From Fimbriosthenelais zetlandica (Eukaryota), in NCBI GenBank assembly GCA_977030845.1, contig OZ365113.1, positions 20,026,001-20,090,000 of the forward strand: 64,000 nt of DNA, in the 5' to 3' direction. A program made the translations under genes and the position numbers. This document shows positions 51,173-63,000 of the stretch, piece after piece. Position 1 is the stretch's first letter; each line of letters begins with the position of its first letter. The notes under the pieces were generated by a model. That model was not told the origin of the DNA, searched no databases, and saw only the letters and a program-made list of their open reading frames with translations.

Positions 51173-52306
51173 TATAGCCTACCTGTGGCTTTCACACAAC
51201 AGGCTAATCAAGTAAGACAAGTTGAAACTACTTAAGTTTTACATGGTAAGAAAGCCTCTTTGGGAAGTGTTAGAAACAGAGAAGACCCAACATGTAGGGC
51301 GAGTGAAAATCATGGAATTTCTATAAAAAAAATTTCAACTACCGACAACCCCAACCCCGCCCCCCGTACCTGACCCTTCCAATAGGCCTACAGGCCGAGT
51401 TGTGAACACTAAAATGTGGATTCGTGACAACACAAATTTTGGTCAAATATAGGCACCAGAAGGCTGAGATGAAGATTTGAAACGCCCTGAAAACCTGCCC
51501 GGCACACAATGATTCAGACTAAAATCAATACAGCACTGAGCGCCAGGTGAACATAATCTATATACGAAAGAATAGGAAGGTCACGATATTCTTTTTATGT
51601 TATCAATTGAAATACATCGTTCCCTTTCAATAATATATCCTTTAAGAACCTCAAATAATGTTTCCAACGTATGGTTGAATTTCAGACAAGTAAGTGAGAC
51701 CTGGCAAAACAATGGATCAAATGAAATGTCAAGGATGGGTGAGGAAAAGGTCTCATACAAAAGTCACCTTTTGTTTCTGAAAATATACCGTACTATAGTT
51801 TCCAGTAACGAGGAAAACTTTGCTCAAAGTTTCTATTGAATCCAAAAGATTAACTAACTGAATGAAAGTGTGAAGACACGGTTTCTTCGGTGAGTTATTA
51901 TTGTTAAAGTCAAGTTAACACATCTGAAAAAGGGTCTTCCATAAAAGAACGATGACAAAAAACTTATTAAATAGACAAACTTCATTGCCGTCATCGTCAT
52001 CGGCCCTCACATAGGAACGAATAAAAGAACGAAGAAGAATTCAAAGAACCGAATGGAAGGGAATTTAATAATAATGTCTCATTAGTCTCAGTCTGTATTG
52101 AAACACTCACAAAGACTTAACTGCATAGGCCTATTTCTAGGAACTAAGACGGATCAATATAGCTGGCTGGTGCATTGAAGTTTTCATGTTAGTTGATAGT
52201 AAGAGAATAGTTAGGGCGAGCATGATAAAACTTGAAAACTGGAATTGAATTACTTTAACTTTATTAGGATATACAAATCTACATCTTACCCTAACTCCAC
52301 TTAACA

Positions 52307-52331
52307 CCCCCCCCCCCCCCCCCCCACCCCC
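52307..52331. repeat. Poly-C tract (C19-A-C5); poly-G on the minus strand
   Basis: Read directly from the sequence. Confidence 0.95.
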
Positions 52332-53570
52332 AAAAAATAATTTGCTTCAAAAAACCCTTTTGAAGCAAAGCTGGCTTCGGGAATCTTTGACAAAATGAAC
52401 AATGAAACTTGCATGGTGAAGTAAAAGAGACCTAAATCCATGATAAGCATGAACACACATGGCAAGAAAATTTCGAAGAGAACGAAGGGTTTGGTAGAAA
52501 CATGATAGTCCCTACAAGTGAATGATACAGTCTCAATAGCACCTCTCCAAGACCATCGTCATGACTACAATAATATGACTATACTGGAGCTCATACCTAT
52601 TTCTGCCTTTATCCCTTTATGAAACCCACATATATTACACTTATAGATAACGGGTTATGAGTTAATGGACAACATCCTGAATGAATAACTCGAGTATAAA
52701 TGAGGATACAATGTATTCCTCTCTTTTCCCACTTATAAGGTTCAGTCTGCCGGGCACTCTGAAAACACTGGTATCTAAAACTAGATGTTGCTAATGACTA
52801 ATGCTTTTTTTCAAAGTTAATACTGTACATTGAGTGAAAAGCAGACGTCTCCCAATAAGAACGGTCATCTTTAACATAAATTTTATATACATATATACAC
52901 ATGCATATATCGTATTTTCCGGAGTATAACTTCTTTAAACCTAGGCGGCCTGCGCATCATAATCAGAGGGGGTTGTGAAAGGGGGTTTCCCCATACATGT
53001 ATAAATATTAAAACTTATAATTATTATATTATTTAAATATGTGGTTTACGTTTCATAAACTGATATGCTGGTTATTCTCAGATGTGCGTTATATTCCGGA
53101 AGATACGATACAGTACCTCAGATATTGTTAGGAGGTCCCAGTAAGATAAGAAACCTAAGGCTAACATGTGAACAAAACTATCACTGTGGAACTACACTAC
53201 AATGATAATATTCTGGATGAATCAAACTTGATCACAGCATATCATGAAATGGACCTAACCTTCTACACACAATACAGGCCATACCAGATATTCCTTCACT
53301 TATATAGCCACCAATTTGACTAAATATAAATGGCCACGAGCTAGTAGAATAAAATGAAATGCAACAACTAGGAATTCAAAGGTACTATACTGTGGCCATC
53401 AAGAATGCTTGAAAAACAACCTGATGGATACCATTCCTAATTATTACATTTATCGGTATATAATTAACTGAGTATGCTCGAGAATGCTACAGATTTATGA
53501 CCAGAAAAAGAAAACCTTCAAACTATCAAACCTTTCAAGTACAAAACTAAAATGACGGGGATATCTGCTA

Positions 53571-53650
53571 CAGTCTGTCCAAACTAAGTTGGACCGAAAC
53601 CACAGTGCATTTCTATGGTGTTTTTGGTCCAATTTAGTTTGGACAGATTG
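53571..53650. mobile_element. 80-bp MITE-like foldback element with ~30-bp terminal inverted repeats and TA flanks (Tc1/mariner-like)
   Basis: The left arm cagtctgtccaaactaagttggaccgaaac matches the reverse complement of 53621-53650 at 26/30 positions. Flanked by TA at 53569-70 and 53651-52, and starts CAG. Confidence 0.7.
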
Positions 53651-53951
53651 TATATTCCGCCATTCTTCTTATAGAAAGCTATCTCTGAATATGTCTACAA
53701 GCATAAAGTGCAACTAGGAAAAATGGAAGACAAAACCTCGGAAATAATCATACGGTAATTTCAATCCGAGGTCCAATCAAGATGGTAAGCGACCGAGAAA
53801 ATCACCTTGTTGAGTGAAGAACGTATACTCAAAATACAAAAAAGGAGCAAATCACAGAGAGGTTACCATTGGAAACGTATGGAATGGTAAAGACCAGAAT
53901 AAACCCCGTTAGATATATTGTGGGGTATATATTTCATAAATCACCCAAGTG

Positions 53952-54065
53952 CTAATTTTTCTTGTTATCAAAATAAGTGAAGACTTGGGCAGCAAAGTCC
54001 TGTGCCCATCTGATCAGTCCTCGTCCAGTGGGGCTGGCGTTAACGTCACGCACTGGCACTCTTGT
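53952..54065 (-). CDS. ACD: ACD-like terminal exon (TRVPVRDVNASPTGRGLIRWAQDFAAQVFTYFDNKKN*), TIN2-binding-motif-like
   Basis: Acceptor cttaattgtag|ACA, phase 0, TAG at 53952-53954. The L-x-x-W-A-x-x-F pattern is shared with the human TPP1 C-terminus. Confidence 0.7.
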   Translation of the reverse strand, partial: TRVPVRDVNASPTGRGLIRWAQDFAAQVFTYFDNKKN

Positions 54066-57000
54066 CTACAATTAAGAGTCGAGGAGAAAAAAAATTAAAT
54101 ATTTTGTTGAATATGTTAGCTATCCTGAATGTGACATGTTCATTCAAAGTACTGGATAGTGTAGTGTATATATTATGATTTTTATCAATAATAACTGTGT
54201 CTGTACATGTGTTGGTGGGGACGGGTATATTATTAGATATCATTTAATTATATCCATGTAATTAAAAAGGTAAGGTAATACCGTATGTCAAGCAAGCATG
54301 CAACACCAAACTCTGACCATCACTAATGACTTCCGCATCATAAGCACATACAATTGCATTGCATACCTGGAGGCAATGAAGCTTTTTTGTTTTTGTAACC
54401 GCAATTACTTGATGCACCGATGATCAATATATCTTGCCAGGATTAATTACATGCATGATGTAGTATAATTTGGGAAGGAAAGTAAACGTTTGGAATCAAC
54501 AAACAAATGGCCAAAAGATGTAAAGCTAATGGACTGGCCACAAAAGAGAGGAGAAAGACAGAGAGGGGACAGAAAAAACACAAGCCAAGCCACCAAAGCA
54601 AGATCTAAGAAAACAGGTATAATCATATGTTAGAATTCCAATCAATGTTATCAAATCAACACAAGGAAACAGACAAAGACAAGGAGGAACAAATTCACAC
54701 ACACCCGCAGAAACAATTAGGGTAAAACAAGAATGTAACGTGTGGGGAAGGAATATATAATACTCAACAAGCACGTTTTGAATACACTTTAAATGTAGAT
54801 TCAACGGAAAAATCAGTACCAACACCTGTAGCAGGAAAGATAACATGTGATACAGAAAGGAAACTTATTAGTAAAATAACTTAAATCTAACTTATTATTA
54901 AGATTAGGGATGAGGTAGGTTGTACTCACCAGCAGTCGTTTACCATCAGCGTCATTATCGATGATTTGTGGCTGGGGTTGGTGGGAGGGTAGTGAGTTGA
55001 CCGGGGTGTCACCTGATGATATTTCACCAATCTCTCTCCCCTCATCCTGCTCCTCCAGGTCTGCTCCAGTGTCTACCACCTCCTCTGATCCATGATTCAC
55101 CAATGTTTCCTGTTCTATTACTTCCACTCTTTCCTGTTGCGGTTCTTTCTCTTCCTGGGTTTCATCTACCTGATCTCTGTCACTTGTTTTCTCCTGTTCA
55201 CTTTCAGTGCTATGGACAGTTTGCTCTGTTTGCTCCTGCTGCTTCCCTTCCTCCACTTGCTTCTCTTCCTGGCACTTCTTCGTGGGAGGTTCAAGGGAAT
55301 TAGATGAAGAGCCACTAGTAGTTGGGGTTTCCCCACTCGATTTTAGAACCAAATCAAGGTCCTGTGATGAAGGAGCCTCTCCCATCTCCTCCACAACACC
55401 TTCGTCCGTCGTTTCAGTGGCCTGAGCTGATGGGCTGGGTTTACAAGTTGTATTTTGATCAGATTGTACAACCTTTTCATCTGGGGAAATCACTTCGGTA
55501 GATATGACTTCAGTTGACTTCGCCACTTCAGTAGAGATGATTTCAATGGACTTCGCCACTTCAGTAGAGATGACTTCTTTTGACTTCTCCGCTTCTGTAG
55601 AGATGATTTCAACTGACCTCGCCAGTTCAGTAGAGATAACTTCAGTTGACTTCGCCACTTCAGTAGAGATAGCTCCATTTGACTTTGCAACTTCAGTAGA
55701 GATCACTTCAGTTGACTTAGCAACGTCAGTCGACATGACTCCAGTTGACTCCGCTACTTCTGCGGATATAACTTCAGTTGACTCCGCTACTTCTGCGGAT
55801 ATAACTTCAGTTGACTTCGCAACTTCGGTAGAGATAACTTCAGTTGACTTCGGCACTTCAGTAGAGATAACTTCAGTTGACTTCGCCACTTCAGTAGAGA
55901 TAACTTCAGTTGACTTGGGCACTTCAGTAGAGATAACTTCAGTTGACTTCGCCACTTCAGTAGAGATAACTTCAGTTGACTTCGCCACTTCAGTAGAGAT
56001 AACTTCAGTTGACTTGGGCACTTCAGTAGAGATAACTTCAATTGACTTGGGCACTTCAGTAGAGATAACTTCAGCTGACTTCGCCACTTCAGTAGAGATA
56101 TCTCCAGATGAGTTCGCCACTTCAGTTGACTTCGCCGCTTCAGTAGAGAAAATATCAGGTGACGTTTCCACTTCAGCTGACTTCGCAGCATCAGTAGAGA
56201 TAACTTCAGTTGACTTCGCCACTTCAGTAGAGATATCTCCAGATGAGTTCGCCACTTCAGTAGGGGTCACCGCCTCCAGGTCCTGTAAAGAGTCTGTACC
56301 TCTGGCCTCACCTTTCCCCGAGCTATCAACCTCGGAATTGAGTGACGATTCCCCTTCAGTTTCTTCCTGTGGTGGAGGTAGGGAATTGTCAGGAGAGGCT
56401 ATCAACTTCCTCCGTGATTTAAGGATAGAGCCGTATGTAGACACCAGTTTATGTGCAGGACTTCTCACTTCATCATCGTCCATCCTCTTCTCCTGACTGG
56501 TTTTCGATGTAGGGCTGAATAAATGGGACATGCCTTCACCTAAAAAGCGTTTTTTCCTATCACTCTCGCGGAAACTGTCATCAAGATCAGGTGGGGCCTC
56601 GGCTAAATCCTCGCCAAGCTTGGCCATCTTGTCGGTATAGAGGCGGCGCTTTTGGCCTCTCGCCCTTTTCTTGCTTGAGGTGAATAGAACGTTGACGTCA
56701 GGCCCATCAGTTTTTTCTTTTACAAGTCCGATTTTCTTTTCTTTCACATCAAGGACCATCATGCTTTCGTTTCGGCTTTTCTTGGCTTTCTTAATTTTGT
56801 TACTTTTCTTTCCTCCCGTCTCGGGTATAAACTCAGGATCTTCCATATCTAAATCACTCTCTGAATCTGTCTTTCTGGCTCCTTTCCTCTTGGCACCTTT
56901 CGCACGTTTACTTTTCTTTCCCATCGCCTCGGAAATGAACTCAGGATCGTCCATATCTAAATCACTATCTGAGTCTATCTTTCTTTCACCTTTCCTCTTG

Positions 57001-60000
57001 GCACTTTTCACAAGTTTATTTTTCTTTCCCATCGCCTCTGGAATAAACTCAGGATCTTCCATAATATCACTATCTGAGTCGGTCTTTCTGGCTCCTTTCC
57101 TCTTGGCACTTTTCACAAGTTTATTTTTCTTTCCCATCGCCTCGGGAATAAACTCAGGATCCTCCATAATATCACTATCTGTGTATATCTTTCTTTCACC
57201 TTTCCTCTTGGTACTTTTCACACGTTTACTTTTCTTTCCCATCGCCTCTGGAATAAATTCAGGATCTTCCATAATATCATTATCTGAGTCTATCTTTCTT
57301 TCACCTTTCCTCTTGGAACCTTTCCCAAGTTTACTTTCCTTTCCCATCGCCTCTGGAATAATGTCAGTATCTTCCATATCTAAATCACTATCTGAGTCTG
57401 TCTTTCTTTCACCTTTCCTCTTGGCACTTTTCACACGTTTACTTTCTTCATCATTATGGACCTTTGTTTTGCTCTTTGCTTTTTTAGACAACTTGCCTTT
57501 CAGCTTTGACTGCGTCTGACTTCTCGCTTCATCGTCAGATACAGTTTCACTCAATCTGCCTTTGCGTTTCTTAGAACGAGATCGGGGAAGTTCTACTATA
57601 TCCTCTTCAAACTCCTTTTCTAAGTCGTCAGAAGTGATTTTCTCCTCTCGAGCACCACTGTCACTCTCACTGTCCTGGTGGTGAGATATTTTATCCGGGA
57701 CAGTATCTTCATCTGTGCTGATTTCAATGAGATCGTATCTCTTTCTCTCTCTTCCCTTATTTCTACTTGATGATCTTATATTTTTCACCTCAGGCGATCT
57801 CTTATGTTCTCTTTTTTTCTGCACATTCATAGAAGATTCAGCACATGTTCTTAATGTCATTCTGTGATGCCAATCTGAATCCTCAGACGTCAACGACTCA
57901 GACAGCCGATCCTGGGAGGAACTTCTCTTAGGTCTTTTTGGGATGATTGAAAATGTTTTTTTCTTGATTTCCAGGCGAGCTTCACTTCGAGTGACTTGCT
58001 TATAACTTTGATCGACATCGAAAACAGGCAACTCCTCTAATGAGGAATCCAGAATGATTGGTACAGGAACCTTTCTAGATCTCTTGCTCCTCCTTGATTT
58101 ACTTGATTTATGGCTACAACCACTTTTGGCATCATCTATTTCGGAATCTAACTCAGAGCCAACATCCTCGCCACTTTCAGACACCATAGGCTGGATGTCA
58201 TCTTCATTCAACAACTGTTCGAATTTCCTTTGCATGCTATGTACACGTTTGGGCTCCACGACAGTGATTCTTTCCAAACATACTTTAGGTGACAAGATGG
58301 TAGAAAGTCCAATGTCTGATGGTGGCAGTTCATCATCAGATGGCTCTGTTTTTATAACAGCAGTCCCATCCTCTTGCTGATCTAAATTCTCTCTGTTACT
58401 TTCCTCTTGATGATGTGTCCTTTTCCGAAAATCAAATAGCAATGCTACGTCCGCGAGGACAACCTTGCAATTTTTGTATATCCGGTATTCTGTGGCAAAT
58501 TTGGACTTTGCGCTTTCCTGGGCAACTTCGGACCTAGTACTTTCCTGGGCAAATTCAGACATAGCGCTTTCCTGGGCAACTTCAGACATAGCGCTTTCCT
58601 GGGCAATTTCAGACAGAGCGCTTTCCTGGACAACTTTGGAGCTAGCACCTTCAAACTCCTGCAGCTCATCGTGAGAACTTTGTTCTGAAGATGACAAAGG
58701 GATTTGACTTGCACTCAAAGATGGCGAGTTAGAGGCACTTTTTACCCTCCGTGGTCTTCCTCTCCCCCGTTTAACTGGCGACTGCTGCCCCGAGTCTGGC
58801 GTCTTCCCACCTGAAGGTTCAGGGGAAGTCAATACCAGGCGATCGGACTCAGAACTATCATAAAGAAGCTGCTGGCTTTTCTTTTTATTGACTCTCAGTT
58901 GAGAAGGAGATAGGGAAGAGTCTAAGTCTTCAAGTTCACAGGCGTCCTCAGTGTTGGTTTTGAATTTGCCAGTGCTCCTCGTCATTGGAGAAGAGAATTT
59001 TACTTTGTCATTCACCACTTTTTCACCAGATTTAGTATCACCACTGCTCGTAATGTTCGAATCGGACACCAACACTAGAGATGAAATATTAGAACCACTT
59101 GACTCCAGATAAGTTATTTCTTGAGCAAGTAACTGTTGATCTGAACTTGTGGCACACACAGATTCTGCCACAATAACCACAGGTTGGTTGAGTGAAGTCG
59201 AGGGGACAATATTGCCTATTTTAGCAGCGTTTTCACTGGAGATTGGAGATGCTTTTCCAGTTTCCCTGGTAAAGGCAGATTTCGTCTTTCGCATTTTCTT
59301 TCCTTTACTAGATAAAGCTTCGGGAGTCGGGGGCAGGTGTGAATCAGATTCAGGAGCCACTTTCTCATTAGAATCTGTTAGTGGAGAAGGGGAATCAAAT
59401 AAGATTTCGGGGGACAAACAGTCTTCTGGAACAACAGTTCTCCGGGAGGGAGTATCATTCTTGGCTTTTCCTTTAAGATTGAGCGCTTTCTGACCACTCA
59501 CTGCAGGAGAGACTGATCTGGTTACCCTTCTTGACAATGATGAAGGTTCAGAGTCACTTGAAATTTCAATTTTTTTTGCTGTGTTGTTCCTCGCTCCAGA
59601 CTGCGGTGTCTTTTGCCTAGAGCGTGGTGTCTTCCCAACTGATGGTTCAGGGGAAGCCATTCCCAGAATATCTGAATCTGAACTATTATGAAGACTTGAA
59701 TTCGCAGATGGTGAGGTGGAGGCACGGTTTACCTTCCGTGGTCTCCCTCTTCCCCGTTTGACTGGCGACTGCTGCCCCGATTCTGGTGTCTTCCCACCTG
59801 AATTTTCTGAGAGATTGGTTCCCAGGGGTTCTGAATTTGAACTAATATACATTTGGAGACTTTTCATTCTATTGACTCTCAATTGAGCAGGCGATAGGGA
59901 AGATTCTAATACTTCAGGTCCACAGGCATCCTCTTCAGAAGTCGCTGCGTTTTTTCCCATTGTTCTAGTGCTCCTGGTCACATGAGAAGAGAATTTGGGT

Positions 60001-63000
60001 CTGACAGTTACAGCGAGTTCATTCTGGTTTTGATTAGAGTCACTATTAGACTCTGATGATTTTTCTTTTTGCTCATCAGATTGCCGCGAGAGGACGACAA
60101 TTTCATCTGCGTCCATTAGAGGCGTTGGGAATCTTGGGCGATTAGTAACTCTCTCCTCAGCCCTTCTCTTTTCAATATCGCTAACAGGTCTTGAAGGACT
60201 ATGGACGACAGCTTGCACTGTGAACCTGCAACTTTCACTCATATCGTTTTGATTACTAACAGTTTGTTGAGAACTTGGGAGGACGGGAGAGAGCTGGACA
60301 TCTGGACGTGGCACAGCCTGAGAAGCCTCATCAATTTGTGTTGAATGGTATTGCGTGTGCGGAACTAGTGCTTGGTCTATTGTCGAGCCATCTTCACTTG
60401 GGGATTTTCTTTGTGATCGAGGAGTCTTTGGGACTAATGGACTAATTTTACTGCCTTTTTTGGATTGGGCACTGTCTTTGAGAATGTCTTTGAGTTTGTA
60501 ACTCGGCTTTGGTCTGCGTGGAGATCTTCGTGGACTCTCATCTCCTGATAGTTCAACAGATCGTATATGTTTAGCAATACTGGATTTAGAGAGGCTAGAC
60601 CTAGAATCACTATTTGGTTGACTTTTCTGAATTTTCTCACATGTATCCCTTTGTACACGTTTGTCCTTCAAGGACGATTTAGAAGACGGTGTGACACTTG
60701 CTGATGAACCCCCAGAGAATTGGTGCATGATAATCTTTCGATTTATCATTGATGCCGGTGCTTTCTGTGCCTCTGTTGTTGGAGAATGAATGTCTGTAGA
60801 TTCCTTTGAGCCATCTGCCTGTTTAGATGCCCCATTGGTGAAAACCCGACTTTGTGTATTGTCCACAAATGAAGTAACATCACAAACACTTAAGTCCACT
60901 TCTTCCAAACACTCCCCGACATCCTTGATTAAATTAGGCACAGATATATCAAGAGCATCAGGTACTTTCCTCACCTCAGAGCTGGGGTTCTCTGAGTTAG
61001 AAGTGCTCTTCTTGCGACCGGGTTTCTCAGTCAGTGCCTTCGTTTTAGATTTAGGTTTCACAGGCGTATTTCTCCGAGAACTATCACCCGAGGCACCAGG
61101 GCCATCACCAGAGAGGGTGACTTGATGAGTGGATGATGTGTCACTGTCTGTACTAGGAATTCTTTGACCTTGCGTCGAACCTATACTGTCATCATCTGTT
61201 TTGCCACTAGTGACACTTATCTCACCACTTTGCTGTCTCTCAGAAACGGGCACCACTTTAGTTGCTGTCTTCACAGCACCACTCGTGGTAGCCTGCTCTG
61301 GCTGGGGCTGTATACTTTCTGGGCTGGCGGATTTATTATTAGATTTCTCTCTCGTAGAGACATCCTTGGCTGAAGAAAGGGTGGCAGAAGGATCCAGCGA
61401 CGATTCCTGTGATTCCTGTGGTGGACGGTAGTCAGCTTTCCATCCTAGAAATTGACAAAGAGCAAATAAGCCAAAATGTCACTCAACGAAAGATTTTATT
61501 ACAATTTAAAAAAAAATCATTCAGAACGAGAGTAGATGACAGACTTACTAAACTGGGTGTAATTTGTATTGCTTCGATTTGGGGATTGTCTTTAATAATA
61601 TTATATAAAAGTTATATTTAAACTTACTCTCAATGCTTTCTAGAATCTCGTAGTCGGCTCTAGGAATGGCAAATTTCTGTAAGGACTTGTCTAATGCGCT
61701 CACTCTCTGACAACCAGGTAGATCTTTCAAGGATAAACGATGCATGGAGACTTTTTTGGTAAATATACCACCATGTACTAAAGTCGTATTACCTCCTGAA
61801 ATACAAACGTGGATTGTTTTAAAAACATAAAATTAAAACATAAAATTAAATTGATCATCTCATATACACATATACTTGCATGTACAGGTTTCTATTTTTA
61901 CATTAACTCCTTCATGGAAATTCGTGAGGTTCGAACCAAATGTTTTTTATTTCACTTTTGTGTTGATAAATGAAATAAATAAATAAATATTGAAATACCT
62001 TTGTCAGGCCCACTTATTAATAATAAATATTGAAATACCTTTGTCAGGCCCGGTTGTATTGCGTTCCACGGTCTCTCTTCTTGAGTCTGTAGCATTGCTT
62101 TTTGCTCTCTTCTCAGCATTCTTCTCAGTAGATTTATCATTCTCAGGTCCCCTGACACTGCTTTCTGCAGTCATCTCATTCTCCGAGTCTGTAGCATTGC
62201 TGTCTGACGATTTCTTCTTGTCCGAGTCTTCATCTGAGGGACAATTAATGCGCTGTACCAGTTGAGTCAGTTGTGTGGAGTTTAAGGAGTCATCAACTTG
62301 GGAGGCAGATATCTGACTTGCTTCAGTTGAGCCTAAAGTACTCGTGCTTTTACTTCTTGCCGCCAGTCTGAAATGTCACACAAACAATGATTAAATCAAA
62401 TCAATGTTCAGGTACTTTTTCACACAAGTTCCGAAGGACATTTATAATGTAATATAATGTATTTTGAGACTGCCTACTCTAATTTCACAGTCCATGAACT
62501 CATTCTTACCTCCAATTCATCCAAAGTTGAGCTGACTTTCGCTGAACATCGGGCATTTCCATGCTACAAATGAAAAGAAATCAATTGAATTCAATAATAA
62601 GGGAGAGGAGTAGCATAATCTCGTAGAAAATTATGGTCAGACTAAAAATAACCTTTTATCAATTTCGTTTGAATTTGTGGTAATGCGAAGAATTTGAAGA
62701 AGCCTTCTCAGACATATCACAAAGTTAAATACATCGTTTTTAATTTACATAGTCCTCCTTAAGCAGCTAATATTTACTCACCAGTATTTCAGGCTCGACT
62801 TCATTCGACACCCCGTGTAGTTGCCCCATGTCTTGAACCCATTCACCACTAACTCAAAGAAGCAGTCGTTCTGTGGGAATAAATTCAGGAAACTGTCAGG
62901 AATGTGCTATCACTAAGAAAGGTAAAATGGTAAACAACAGAAGTGAAATAATACGAGCAAATTCTTATAATAAACAATATACAAAATTATTTGCATACAC

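Noticed and set aside
52288-52296. ACCCTAAC as a telomerase RNA template near the TPP1-like gene
   Set aside because: An 8-nt match is expected by chance, and I saw no pseudoknot or H/ACA features; no telomeric arrays are present in the window.
54526-54846. 106-aa hydrophobic Cys-rich ORF as a TM-encoding terminal exon of ACD
   Set aside because: It is in phase with the 54930 donor, but it is the translation of a T/C-rich intronic tract with no motif. The 54065 exon gives a TPP1-like C-terminus instead.
55504-57519. Long plus-strand ORFs (330 aa and 282 aa) antisense to exon 7
   Set aside because: They coincide exactly with the 33-nt and 105-nt repeat arrays; a stop-free antisense unit repeated many times gives a shadow ORF.
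54813-61274. The 2153-aa ORF as a complete single-exon protein starting MKTATK
   Set aside because: The 'start' is a GTG inside a frame that stays open to the acceptor at 61444, and the last ~39 codons run past the GTGAGT donor into the intron.
61928-61937. GGTTCGAACC B-box (tRNA or SINE)
   Set aside because: No A-box at a suitable distance and no cloverleaf.
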